This document shows, in pieces, positions 1 through 9,986 of a stretch of DNA of 25,351 nucleotides; position 1 is the first letter of the stretch; each line of letters begins with the position of its first letter. Under the pieces are notes generated by a model. That model was given only the letters and a program-made list of their open reading frames with translations. It was not told the DNA's origin and searched no databases. The position numbers and the translations under genes were made by a program. The stretch is from contig JAHQWW010000049.1 in NCBI GenBank assembly GCA_029856365.1, positions 1-25,351 on the forward strand. The letters are read 5' to 3'. This DNA is from Candidatus Hodarchaeota archaeon. Lineage in GTDB: Archaea; Asgardarchaeota; Heimdallarchaeia; Hodarchaeales; Hodarchaeaceae.

Positions 1-368
1 ATTAAAAAGTAACAATTAGGCAATAATATAATTAAAAGGGTTTGATCACAATTACTTCTTGACTAAGTGCTCCTACATCGTTATAGTATCAAATGAATAA
101 TCCTGTCAATTATATATGGTTGACAACCCCAATATCAACCATAATTAATTGACTAATTTTTAAGTGAGAATACCTCCATCCCATTGATCAGTTTCATCGA
201 ACTCCTATTACTTAAAACTATTACCTACAATAATCAGCAATATGTCTTGAAAAAATGCGTGATTGAGAAAAACAATTAGAACATAAGATTTATTAAGAAG
301 AATAAGGTGGTAATTATTAGTAGTGACAACATCAATGTCATTTAACTTCGGAGAAGAGGTGAATTTGA

Positions 369-464
369 ATGGAAGAATACAGTGAAACTATTCCTGAATC
401 ACGTGTAGCACGAAGAAAAGCAGCTCGAAGAAAATTACGCTTCAAAAGTAGATTAACAAAATAA
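369..464 (+). CDS. Small basic protein, 31 aa (MEEYSETIPESRVARRKAARRKLRFKSRLTK), not in the ORF track
   Basis: GAGGTGA SD ending 6 nt before the ATG, TAA-TAG double stop, then a T-rich tract. Confidence 0.6.
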   Translation: MEEYSETIPESRVARRKAARRKLRFKSRLTK

Positions 465-467
465 TAG

Positions 468-492
468 TTTTTCTACCTTTTTTTGTTTTCTC
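468..492 (+). terminator. Putative archaeal oligo-T terminator
   Basis: T-rich run immediately after the small ORF stops. Confidence 0.4.
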
Positions 493-566
493 TAGAGAAG
501 GAGCTCAAGGTGATTGAAAAACAAATCACTATAGAATTCCAGTATGATCCCAAATTACATACTGCG

Positions 567-1085
567 TCACGTAACTAGTTCCTGACCTTTTGTGATCTTG
601 ATCCGACAGGGGGGAGGAAATTTGGATTTACCACGACGTAATGCCTCCTTAGCTACTGTAACATTCTCTGGATAAGTTCGAACGAAGAGAATTCGATCAC
701 CTTCAAACACACGCGCGGCAACACTAATTACTTTACCAAAAGCTTTTCGCATACCATCCTGTAAACGATCTGCTCCAGCACCAGTCATCATTTTATTCTC
801 ACGGATCCGATGATGAGGATAGATACAAACACGGTAATGGTAGTTGTCACGACCTAGATTTCGCGTTAAAAATCGATTTACATGGATTCGAGCAGCTTCT
901 AGAGCATTATGGGAAATTTGACATCTTTCATCAGAGATCAATGATACTTCTAAGGGGAACTCTTTATCTGGTGATCCGAAATCGAAAGCACGAATTTTTG
1001 GTTCAGGACCGCCTTTAATGTATTTCTTCCGCGTGTATGGAGGTCTATCAACTCGAGTATAGCAGTAAGCAGGTCTTTTTCCCAT
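567..1085 (-). CDS. rpl10e: 50S ribosomal protein uL16 (L10e)
   Basis: MGKRPAYCY N-terminus, ALEAARI, YPHHRIRENKM..GAGADRLQDGMR..FGK; start placed at the second ATG (1085). Confidence 0.97.
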   Translation of the reverse strand: MGKRPAYCYTRVDRPPYTRKKYIKGGPEPKIRAFDFGSPDKEFPLEVSLISDERCQISHNALEAARIHVNRFLTRNLGRDNYHYRVCIYPHHRIRENKMMTGAGADRLQDGMRKAFGKVISVAARVFEGDRILFVRTYPENVTVAKEALRRGKSKFPPPCRIKITKGQELVT

Positions 1086-1570
1086 TTTTTTCCGCTCCAT
1101 TTCTATTTACAATATTAGTAACAAAATTAACTATAAGAAATAAGTCATTTGTGATTATACTATCCCTCATGACACAAGAAAATAGATTAATATCAAAATT
1201 ACGCTATTTTCATATATGAAATACACATATTTTATAGTAATTTGATACCAAAATAGTTGTATTATTTATATATTTTAGGTCTAATATATCCAAAAAGTTA
1301 ATAAAATATTTCTGCATAATTTATTATTTAGATAAATACCTATGCTTTTCCTATATCTATTCGTGTGAATAAAGTTAGTAAAAAAGAGACAACAGTTCCG
1401 ATTTTCTAAGAAACTAACTTTTTGATTAGGATTTCGTTTGTTGATTGGATAATCAGCAAATAAACAATAAATTACTCTTTAAATTAATAATTAATAAACA
1501 AGAATTATTTAAAATACGAATAAACAGTATAAAAGGATTATTGCTGTACTTTTTGATTGGAGGATTTTAT

Positions 1571-2719
1571 ATGAAAAATAAAAAGATTCAAGACAACTCC
1601 ATATCTATTCTCGGGCTAGGAAATGGAGGACATGCGTTTGCAGCATATGCGAAATCAAAAGGGTATAAAGTTAAGATTTGGAATCGGTCTAGATCAGTTC
1701 TTAAAGCTATAAAAAAGAATAAAGGGGTTACATCCTCAGGCTTATTGGAGGGACATTTTGACATTGATTTTGTTTCGCCCTCAATTCATAAGGTTATTGA
1801 AGAAAGTAAGTTAATAATGGTGGTAACAACCGCTAATGCACATAAAGAAATAGCAGCACGAATTGCTCCTTATTTGGATGACAATCAAATCGTTGTTTTA
1901 AATCCAGGGAGAACTGGAGGCGCAATTGAAGTCAGTAATTCCATCCGAGAAAACAATGGCCCTTTTAAACCACAAGTGGTAGAAGCTCAATCTCTCTTAT
2001 TTGTATCACGATGTTCAAAACCAGGCCAAGTAACAATTTCTGGGATAAAAAGAAGAGTACCAGTTTCAGCATTTCCATCCTGTGATAATAATGAAATTAT
2101 ACCATTCTTGAGTGATCTTAATAGCGCTTTTGGGGAAACTGAATCTGTGTTGAACACGTCTTTCGATAATATTGGTGCAATTTTTCATCCTACTCCTTTA
2201 TTATTGAATGTTGCTAGGTGTGAGGATCCAAACGTTCATTACCGACATTATATTGATGGAGTATCTCCATCAGTTGCTTCTTTTCTAGAAAAAATGGACA
2301 ATGAACGAGTTACTGTAGCAGCTGCTTACGGAGTACGGGCAATTACTTTACAAAAATGGTTACATTCAGTCTATGGAAGCAATGGAAGCAATCTATGTGA
2401 AACTATTCATAACACAAAGGAATATCAAAACGTTATGGCACCATCAACCTTAAATGTCCGTTATATCTTTGAAGATATTCCAACTGGTTTAATTCCACTA
2501 GCCAGCTTTGGAGAGGCAGCCGAAGTTCAGACCCCCTTCATTAATGCCATCATCAATTTAGCCAACTGTATGTTCAATAAGGACTATAGATCTCTTGGTA
2601 GAACTATAGAGTCATTGGAACTCCATAAAATTCCATTTTACTTACTAAAGGAGTATGTGACTCTTGCTGATGAATTCTATATTGAAATAATGAAACAGGA
2701 GAGTGTATTAGAGAAATGA
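1571..2719 (+). CDS. NAD(P)-dependent opine (octopine/nopaline) dehydrogenase family protein
   Basis: Rossmann motif ILGLGNGG, LNPGRTGGA, NIGAIFHP, RYIFEDIPTGL; GGAGG SD before ATG 1571 (the track's 1445 start is over-extended). Confidence 0.88.
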   Translation: MKNKKIQDNSISILGLGNGGHAFAAYAKSKGYKVKIWNRSRSVLKAIKKNKGVTSSGLLEGHFDIDFVSPSIHKVIEESKLIMVVTTANAHKEIAARIAPYLDDNQIVVLNPGRTGGAIEVSNSIRENNGPFKPQVVEAQSLLFVSRCSKPGQVTISGIKRRVPVSAFPSCDNNEIIPFLSDLNSAFGETESVLNTSFDNIGAIFHPTPLLLNVARCEDPNVHYRHYIDGVSPSVASFLEKMDNERVTVAAAYGVRAITLQKWLHSVYGSNGSNLCETIHNTKEYQNVMAPSTLNVRYIFEDIPTGLIPLASFGEAAEVQTPFINAIINLANCMFNKDYRSLGRTIESLELHKIPFYLLKEYVTLADEFYIEIMKQESVLEK

Positions 2720-4440
2720 CCAATAAAAATCTCATATTATGTGCCACATTAGGTTCATGTGTTCATGTTGCTGGAGTATTTCATTTTATGCAAATTGCAC
2801 GACAACAAGGTTATGAAACATCGTTCTTGCGCCCTCCAAACACAATTGAAGATATTATTAAAGAAATAAAAAAAGTGGATCCAAAAATAATTGCTTTAAG
2901 TTATCGTTTAACGCCAGAAGCATGTGTTGAGATTGTAAAGGAACTTGATAACAAAATCACTCCTAAAATGAGTGAGAAAAAGTGGATATTTGGGGGTACT
3001 AGTCCTGTGTGCAATGCTGTTGGGCGATTGGGAATATTTAATCGGCTTTTTGGTGGAAACGCAACAGAAAAAGATGTTATTGAATATTTGAGGAATTCAT
3101 TATCTCCTTTAAAGGAAAGAAAATCCTTTCCCAACAATTTAATTGATCGAATAGAATTATATTATCCTTATCCTTTATTACGTGCCCATTTTGGTGTCCC
3201 TTCTGTTGAAGAAACCCAAAAGGGTATCGAAACAATAGCATCAGCTAAAATCATTGATATTGTCTCGATTGGCCCAGATCAAAATTTTCAAGAACACTTT
3301 TTTAGCCCTAAAGAAATGAAAAAGTCAGAACAGGGAGCAGGCGGGGTTCCAATCCGTTCAAAAGAAGATTTAATTAAGTTTTATAAGGCTTCGAGATGTG
3401 GGAATTATCCTCTATTACGCTGTTATTCAGGCACAAGAAATTTAATAAAAATGGCAAGACTGCTTAAAAAAACAATTAACAATGCCTGGGGGGCCACTCC
3501 CCTATTTTGGTATTCTGAATTGGACAGTCGAAGTAGTAGGGCATTACAGGATGCGATTAAAGAGAATAAAGCTAATATGGCATGGCATGGTGCACATAAC
3601 ATCCCTTTTGAAGCAAATGAATCTCATCATTGGAGTCTTCGTTCAGCTCCAGATGCAATTGCTGTTGCAGCTGCCTACCTTGGTGCTTACAATGCAAAAA
3701 AGGCTGGAGTACAAAATTATATTTCTCAAATGATGTTCAATACTCCTATTGGTGTATCACCCAGATATGATTTAGCGAAAATGTTAGCTAAGACAGAATT
3801 GATCGAAAGTTTACATACTGAAACTTTTACTACGTATCGTCAGGTTCGTACTGGACTCTTGAGTTTTCCCGAGGATCCTCATCTTGCGAAAGGGCAACTG
3901 GCTTCTTCTATTCAAATGGCGATGTTTGTCAAACCACATATTGTCCATGTAGTTAGCTATTGCGAAGCTGATCATGCTGCTACGTCTCAAGATGTGATAG
4001 AAAGTGCTAAAATAGCTCACAAAGTGATTTCAAATTCTATAAAGGGTTTACCTTCAATCAACTTAGATCCAAAGCTTGAGGCATATAAATTAAAGCTTAT
4101 ATCTGATAGTTATTTAATTCTTCAAGCAATTCGAAATATATCAGAAGGATCAGTAAAAGACCCTTTTATCCATCCATTAACGTTAACAACAGCAGTTAAC
4201 CTAGGGATTTTAGATGCACCACATTTGAAGGGATCTGATTTGGCACGTGGAGAGATTAACACTGCTATTATTGATGGGAAATGTTTAGCTGTTGATCCAA
4301 ATTCATTTACTGTTTTATCCGAATTAGATCGCTTAAATATAATTTTAGAAGAGAATGGTTACCCACTCTTAGAGAAAGAATTGGAAGATTATGGAGCTAA
4401 GCAATTCTCGAAAAGATCAGCTATATCACCTCTGATATAA
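2716..4440 (+). CDS. Cobalamin-binding protein: N-terminal B12 Rossmann domain fused to a glutamate mutase E-like TIM barrel
   Basis: CVHVAG (DxHxxG variant), SYRL and FGG motifs; GlmE-like blocks SFPEDPHLAKG, VVSYCEA and GILDAPH; no CxxxCxxC; ATGA overlap with the upstream gene. Confidence 0.8.
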   Translation: MTNKNLILCATLGSCVHVAGVFHFMQIARQQGYETSFLRPPNTIEDIIKEIKKVDPKIIALSYRLTPEACVEIVKELDNKITPKMSEKKWIFGGTSPVCNAVGRLGIFNRLFGGNATEKDVIEYLRNSLSPLKERKSFPNNLIDRIELYYPYPLLRAHFGVPSVEETQKGIETIASAKIIDIVSIGPDQNFQEHFFSPKEMKKSEQGAGGVPIRSKEDLIKFYKASRCGNYPLLRCYSGTRNLIKMARLLKKTINNAWGATPLFWYSELDSRSSRALQDAIKENKANMAWHGAHNIPFEANESHHWSLRSAPDAIAVAAAYLGAYNAKKAGVQNYISQMMFNTPIGVSPRYDLAKMLAKTELIESLHTETFTTYRQVRTGLLSFPEDPHLAKGQLASSIQMAMFVKPHIVHVVSYCEADHAATSQDVIESAKIAHKVISNSIKGLPSINLDPKLEAYKLKLISDSYLILQAIRNISEGSVKDPFIHPLTLTTAVNLGILDAPHLKGSDLARGEINTAIIDGKCLAVDPNSFTVLSELDRLNIILEENGYPLLEKELEDYGAKQFSKRSAISPLI

Positions 4441-4571
4441 CTTTCAACTATTTCTTAGATTTTTTCAAATACTAAATTGATGATTTTTAGATTAGTATCG
4501 TATTATTCGCGTTCTTCTGCTAAGCTTCTAATAATGAGATTTGTTTATAGAAAATCTATGTTGTTCTGCTT

Positions 4572-4953
4572 ATGAAAAGACAAAAAATTGATCCCATAAC
4601 CGTTGAAATAATTGCACCAAATAATTGCAATAATTGCCTACCTTGGTGGATTGATGGGAGGATCAGCTGGAGAATGTGAACAATTCCTGTTAAATCCGGA
4701 AACACGAGAACAAAAAGTGTTACACTCTAAATTATCAAATTTTATAATGAAAAAGGGGGAAATTCTCAGAGTGGTGACTGCAGGTGGCGGAGGTTTTGGC
4801 CCAGCGATTGAACGTGATCTTGTAATAAAAGACTATTTATCAGGAAAAATAAGTAACAAACAATTACGAGATGATTATGGTGTTGTTTTAACGAATGCTG
4901 GAACTGTTGACTATCTTTTAACCTCAAACCTCCGTAAAATCCAAGGAGGTTAA
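4572..4953 (+). pseudogene. Hydantoinase B/oxoprolinase subunit with a large internal deletion and frameshift
   Basis: N-terminal MKRQKIDPITVEII joined out of frame to C-terminal GLMGG..G and TAGGGGFG..IS....RDDYGVV. Confidence 0.88.
4607..4637. repeat. Three copies of AATAATTGC at the hydantoinase B deletion junction
   Basis: Copies at 4607-4615, 4620-4628 and 4629-4637. Confidence 0.9.
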
Positions 4954-4956
4954 TTT

Positions 4957-7035
4957 ATGAGAGCAGCTATAGATATAGGGGGTACATTTACAGATGTAGT
5001 TCTATTTGATGAAAAGAGAGGAAAAATTTTTTCAACAAAAGTTCATTCAAATCCAAAATATCCCAATAAAGCCTTTATTGAAGGATTATTTCACATTAGG
5101 AAATACCTTGATTCTAATCATGAAGACATTCAAGAATTAGTCCATGGAACAACAATTGTCACAAACACTATCTTGGAAGGGAATAAAGCATGTGTTGGTA
5201 TGCTAGTTACAGAGGGATTTAGAGATATCTTGGAAATTGGACGACAGCAGAGACATAATCTGTATGATCTTATGATAGATCCTCCCAAGCCCTTAGTCCC
5301 TCGTCATTTAATTAAAGAAATAAAAGAAAGAATAAATGCTGATGGGAAAATATTGAGTCCTTTAAATATTGAAGACACCACAAGAATAATAGAAAACTTG
5401 ATTGAAAATGGTGTTGAATCATTGGCAGTTACTCTGTTATTTTCGTTTGAAAACCCGGTACATGAAAAGCAAATAAAGAGTATTGGCCTTAAATATATGC
5501 CGAAGGATTACATATTTGTCTCTAGCGAAATTTCACCAGAATTTAGGGAATATGAGCGGGCTAGTACGACAGTAGTTGCCGCAGCTGTTGCTCCACAAGT
5601 AATCAAATATTTGAATGAACTTGAAAAAGAATTAACAAAATTAAATGGGTCTAAAATTAAATTTACAATTATGCATTCAGGAGGAGGCACCATTCTGCCA
5701 GGGAATGTAAAAAAACAGCCTCATAAACTTGTAGAATCAGGGCCTGCTGCAGGTCTTATGGCTGCAACCCAGCTTACAAAAGTATTAGGCATAAAACGTG
5801 CAATATCTTTTGATATGGGAGGAACAGGTGCAAAAGCTGGAATTATATTAGATGGCACATACCAGTATACAACAGAATACGAAATAGGCGGAGGAATACA
5901 TCATAGTCAAAGATTAAAAGGAAGTGGATATCCTGTTCGATTTCCTATGCTTGATATTGCCGAAGTTGGCGCTGGAGCTGGAAGTATTGCGTGGATAAAT
6001 CCTGGTGGACTTTTAAAAGTAGGGCCTAAAAGTGCGGGGGTTATTCCTGGACCAGCATGTTATGGAAAAGGTGGAATAAATCCCACGGTTACTGATGCTC
6101 ATCTTGTAATAGGCCATTTAGCACCTGATTATTTTCTGGGTGGAAAACAAACGTTTTTCCCAAAATTGGCCATAAAAACCTTAATAAATCTCTCTAAAAC
6201 TGTGAATCTACCTTTAGAGGAGACAGCTCAAGGCATAATCAATATTGTTAATGTAAATATGTTACGAGTACTCGAACTTGTATCTATAGATCGAGGCTAC
6301 GATCCAAGAGCATTTACCTTAATAGCATTTGGTGGAGCTGGACCACTTCATGCATGTGACTTAGCAGAAAAGATGGCCATAAAAAATGTTATTATACCCC
6401 TCTTGCCTGGAGTTTTCTCTGCTTGGGGTCTTCTTTTTGCTGATATGTCTACTTATTTTGTTGAAACTGTAATGCTTAACTTGAATTTAAAAAACATAAA
6501 GAAAATCAATCAAATTTTCAATCGCTTATCACTTAAAGCTAATCAATTTTTTGAGAAAAATAAAGTCCCTTCAAAAAATCGCTCAATGGATATTTCTTTA
6601 GATTTACGCTATTTACGACAAAATTATGAACTAAATGTGAAATACGACAAATTAACAATGTTACAGAGAGATTTAGTGAAAATTAAAAATCAATTTCATA
6701 AAATTCATGAAGCAAATTATGGGCATTATTTTTCAAATGCTATTATTCAGATTGTTAATATACGGATAATGGCATCCGAAAAATTATCAAAACCCGGATT
6801 TAGTAAAATTAAATTAGCATCTAATACGTCTAAAGCCGCAAAATATGGAACACAAAACATTCAGATATCTAATTATATTAAAAAATATAAAATCTATCAT
6901 CGAAGTATACTACGTGCTGATCACGTTATCCATGGCCCAGCTATCATACAAGAAGAGTAAACGACCACTATAGTTAATTATGGATGGCAATTAAAAGTTG
7001 ACACCTATGGAAATCTTATAATCACTAGGGATTGA
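4957..7035 (+). pseudogene. Hydantoinase A/oxoprolinase ATPase subunit with a premature in-frame TAA at 6958-6960
   Basis: IDIGGTFTD, HGTT, ESGPAAG, DMGGT, GPKSAG..PGPACYG, FGGAGPLHA; the conserved tail TTTIVNYGWQLKVDTYGNLII continues in frame after the stop. Confidence 0.88.
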
Positions 7036-7090
7036 ACTTACTAGACAAATCTAATTGATACTCAAATAATTTCAGGTCATATGATGAAGA

Positions 7091-7597
7091 ATGCAACCTA
7101 GCTATACTATTTCAGGTAAGTTGGAAACTTCCAAAGAAGATTCTTCCAAGTTAAAAAATACTATAAGAATCTATAGAGAGGTCTGCAACTATATCAGCAA
7201 TATTGCATACAATGAAGGTTGTTTTAATTCAGTTGCACTTCATCATCTGACCTATAAAGATGTTAGATTGAAATATAACATTCCAGCGAATCTTGCAGTA
7301 AGAGCTAGAGATAAGGTTGTTTCAACATACAAGAAAAATAGGAAAAAATTACATTTCTTTAAAAGTTTGAGTATTGATTTAGATAATAGATTGTTAAGTA
7401 TATTATTAAATGAGGAGGAAGTAGTTGTATCAATTGCAACAATTAATAAACGGATTAAATCTAAATTATTGATTGATCCATCACAGAAAGAATTCTTAAA
7501 ACATCCTATAGTTAAAGCTAGATTAACACTAGAAGCAAATGAGTTTTTCATGAAAATTGTCGTCCGTCCTAGGAATGTCAATAATATCATAGAATAA
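7091..7597 (+). CDS. N-terminal half of an IS200/IS605 TnpB-like protein, no RuvC domain
   Basis: YREVCNYIS..LHHLTYKDVR.KYNIPANLAVRARDKV resembles TnpB/Cas12f N-termini; the ORF ends before any GxDxG motif. Confidence 0.7.
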   Translation: MQPSYTISGKLETSKEDSSKLKNTIRIYREVCNYISNIAYNEGCFNSVALHHLTYKDVRLKYNIPANLAVRARDKVVSTYKKNRKKLHFFKSLSIDLDNRLLSILLNEEEVVVSIATINKRIKSKLLIDPSQKEFLKHPIVKARLTLEANEFFMKIVVRPRNVNNIIE

Positions 7598-8070
7598 GCA
7601 GTTAGTAATTATTTTCAGTATCTAAATCTCGATAAATATTTAGATATACCTTTTTCGAGAGAACATCAAGAAAATTATTGTCTTTAAACACGCTATAGTG
7701 TTATAAAGTTAATATTCCCTAAACTCTTTAAATAAAATTAAATTTATGATTATAGAAAACTAAGGTAGAATTTGTTTTTAAATTGTTAAAACTAAGAGCT
7801 TGAAGTTAGTAAATCTCATAATACAACTTTGCCAAGAGTTTTTTAAGGGGAAACCATTTTAAATTAGCAAAAGTTTTAAAAAATCCTTTTTTCATAAATG
7901 AAATTGAATGGAACTCATTCATACGAATCATCTTGGTCTTCATTCACTTATGTTAAGTAATTGAAATTATCTTCAACTGTCAAATAAAAATTGTGGTCAT
8001 TTATTACACAATAGAATGTACTAGTCTTTAAATTTCAAATAAAATGAGAATTTTAATTACGGTGAAAAAT

Positions 8071-8289
8071 ATGAAAATATTTGCGGCAGCAAGAATTGAA
8101 AAGATTATCAGAGAGTCAGGAGCTATTAGAGTATCTTCTGATGCTATTGATACATTAAATGAGATAGTGACAGATCATGGTACAAACATAGCTAAGAAAG
8201 CAATTGAAATAGCTCATCAGTTAAAGCGTGGAACTATAAAAGAAGTCGATATAAAACTCGCAAATGTTAGTATCAATCAAAATCTTTAG
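8071..8289 (+). CDS. Archaeal histone, divergent variant
   Basis: Histone fold ARIEKIIRESGAIRVSSDA..TIKEVDIKLA; GGTGA SD before ATG 8071. Confidence 0.9.
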   Translation: MKIFAAARIEKIIRESGAIRVSSDAIDTLNEIVTDHGTNIAKKAIEIAHQLKRGTIKEVDIKLANVSINQNL

Positions 8290-8468
8290 CTTATGCTCTA
8301 TTTTTGTAGAATACTAATAGTTCTAATCTTTTTCAAAATGATTTTCTGGAAATCAAGAGAGAGGTAAAAATACCAATGATGGTACAATAAACCATCGCTT
8401 ACATATTAAGAACACAAATGAACGAATATCATAAATAATATTCAGTGATTTTAAGAGGAAAAGGAGTT

Positions 8469-8897
8469 ATGACGGTAATTAAAAATGGAAACATTGTGAA
8501 AATAAAATTCGAAGCCAAATCATTTAATGGAACTTTTTTTGATAGTTCAGAAATGCATGGTAAACTATTAAAAGCTAGAATTGGCTCTGGTGATCTTATC
8601 ACTGGTTTAGAGAATGCTCTTATTGGTATGGAAGAAGGTGAGGAAAAAGAAATTACCTTAAAGCCAGCCGAAGCATATGGAATTCCTATTCCAGAGTTAA
8701 TTCACATAATTGAAAAACCTCAAAAAAAAGGAAAAATTGATCCAGATACAGAAATCATTTTAAAATTTGAAAACAATGAAGAATTAAAAGCAAAAGTATT
8801 AAAGGAAACTAAAGATAGACTAATTCTTGATTTCAATCATCCTCTTGCGGGTAAAACATTAAAAGTGAAATTAAAAGTAATAGAAGTTGGTAATTGA
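8469..8897 (+). CDS. Short FKBP-type peptidyl-prolyl isomerase (SlyD-like)
   Basis: FDSS, GLENALIGM, PAEAYG, DFNHPLAGKTL; GGAG SD before ATG 8469. Confidence 0.92.
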   Translation: MTVIKNGNIVKIKFEAKSFNGTFFDSSEMHGKLLKARIGSGDLITGLENALIGMEEGEEKEITLKPAEAYGIPIPELIHIIEKPQKKGKIDPDTEIILKFENNEELKAKVLKETKDRLILDFNHPLAGKTLKVKLKVIEVGN

Positions 8898-9005
8898 TTA
8901 AAAAAGGGAAGTGGGGTTGAACGAAAAAAACCTGACTATAATCTGTTACTTTCTTAAATAGACTATTTTCATTTTGTAGGATAAATAAAACATTTTATTT
9001 TTTGA

Positions 9006-9290
9006 TTAATAGTGGTACGCACTTCTTCTGCGTTCTTCAGAACGGATTTGAACAACTCCTCGATGTATAGCACAAGAAACACAGTAATATCGAATCATTG
9101 GAATGCGAGGAACACGAGTTCCTTGTTGTCTTAATTCCTTTCTTATCATTGGATCAACTAATGACTTAAATACCGTCTTTCGTTTTGCTTTATCTCTTGG
9201 TACAAGTTGTCCGCAAGCAGAGCATTGGACTCTTTGAGTGGCACCTTTTTTCCCTTTTGATCTTCCTCTACTTTTTCTTTTCCTTCCCAT
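9006..9290 (-). CDS. rps26e: 30S ribosomal protein eS26
   Basis: RKSRGRSK, CSACG..VPRDKAK, YCVSCAIH..VVQIRS; GGAGGT SD. Confidence 0.96.
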   Translation of the reverse strand: MGRKRKSRGRSKGKKGATQRVQCSACGQLVPRDKAKRKTVFKSLVDPMIRKELRQQGTRVPRIPMIRYYCVSCAIHRGVVQIRSEERRRSAYHY

Positions 9291-9986
9291 GATTATATTA
9301 CCTCCTTTTTCTAAATGTTATTAAACATGAACAGGTATAATAAGGGAATAACAGGGAATTATTGTTTTCTAATGATCTTAAACCCTGATCTATCAGCATT
9401 TAAGGTTTTTCTTGGTCTCACATCCTCAGGTGACAAAGAAGAGAATAGATGAACGATAGGATTTTAATATTGAAAAACAAATGCTTTATTCCCAAACAAT
9501 TATCAGATGTCTTTATTGGTTATTATGGAGTACTAAAAAACTATATTATATAGATTTCGTAATCCACTAGAAATTTTAGTAGAAAGTGAAAAATTGATAT
9601 ATCATTCTTTTATTCTATTGAAATATCATATATGATAAATTTATTACTCTTCTAATTTTTACTTATAGTTAAGTGTTTTCTTAATTAACACGATTTTTAG
9701 TCATAAAAAACATTATTAACTTCATAATAGAGTTAATTTTTTAAATAAAATCTAATTAATCCTTAAATTGAAACATAAGATAGATTATTCGAAAATCACA
9801 TTTACAAAGAAAATAAGGTAAACAAAAGCTGAAGAATTCACATCCATCGAAAGAGTCGTGTATAACACAAAATTGAGGTCACAACACATATCGAGATAAA
9901 CAAGTTAGACCAGATGATTTCTCAATGTGTATTTACGCCGGATGTACTGAAATCTTTGACCTACTTAGAAACGAGGATACTTATAA

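Noticed and set aside
1-190. Possible degraded minus-strand gene after a GGAGGT motif
   Set aside because: Multiple stops in the frames examined and no recognisable motif
2716-4440. Annotation as methionine synthase or B12-dependent radical SAM enzyme
   Set aside because: No homocysteine- or pterin-binding domain motifs recognised and no CxxxCxxC
6958-6960. TAA reassignment or readthrough, suggested by in-frame TAAs in hydantoinase A, tnpA and tnpB
   Set aside because: TAA correctly terminates L7Ae, eS26 and eL24; the affected genes lie in decaying loci
9912-9954. Possible C/D-box sRNA or riboswitch upstream of the AsnB-like gene
   Set aside because: Degenerate C box, no C'/D' pair, and no aptamer consensus recognised
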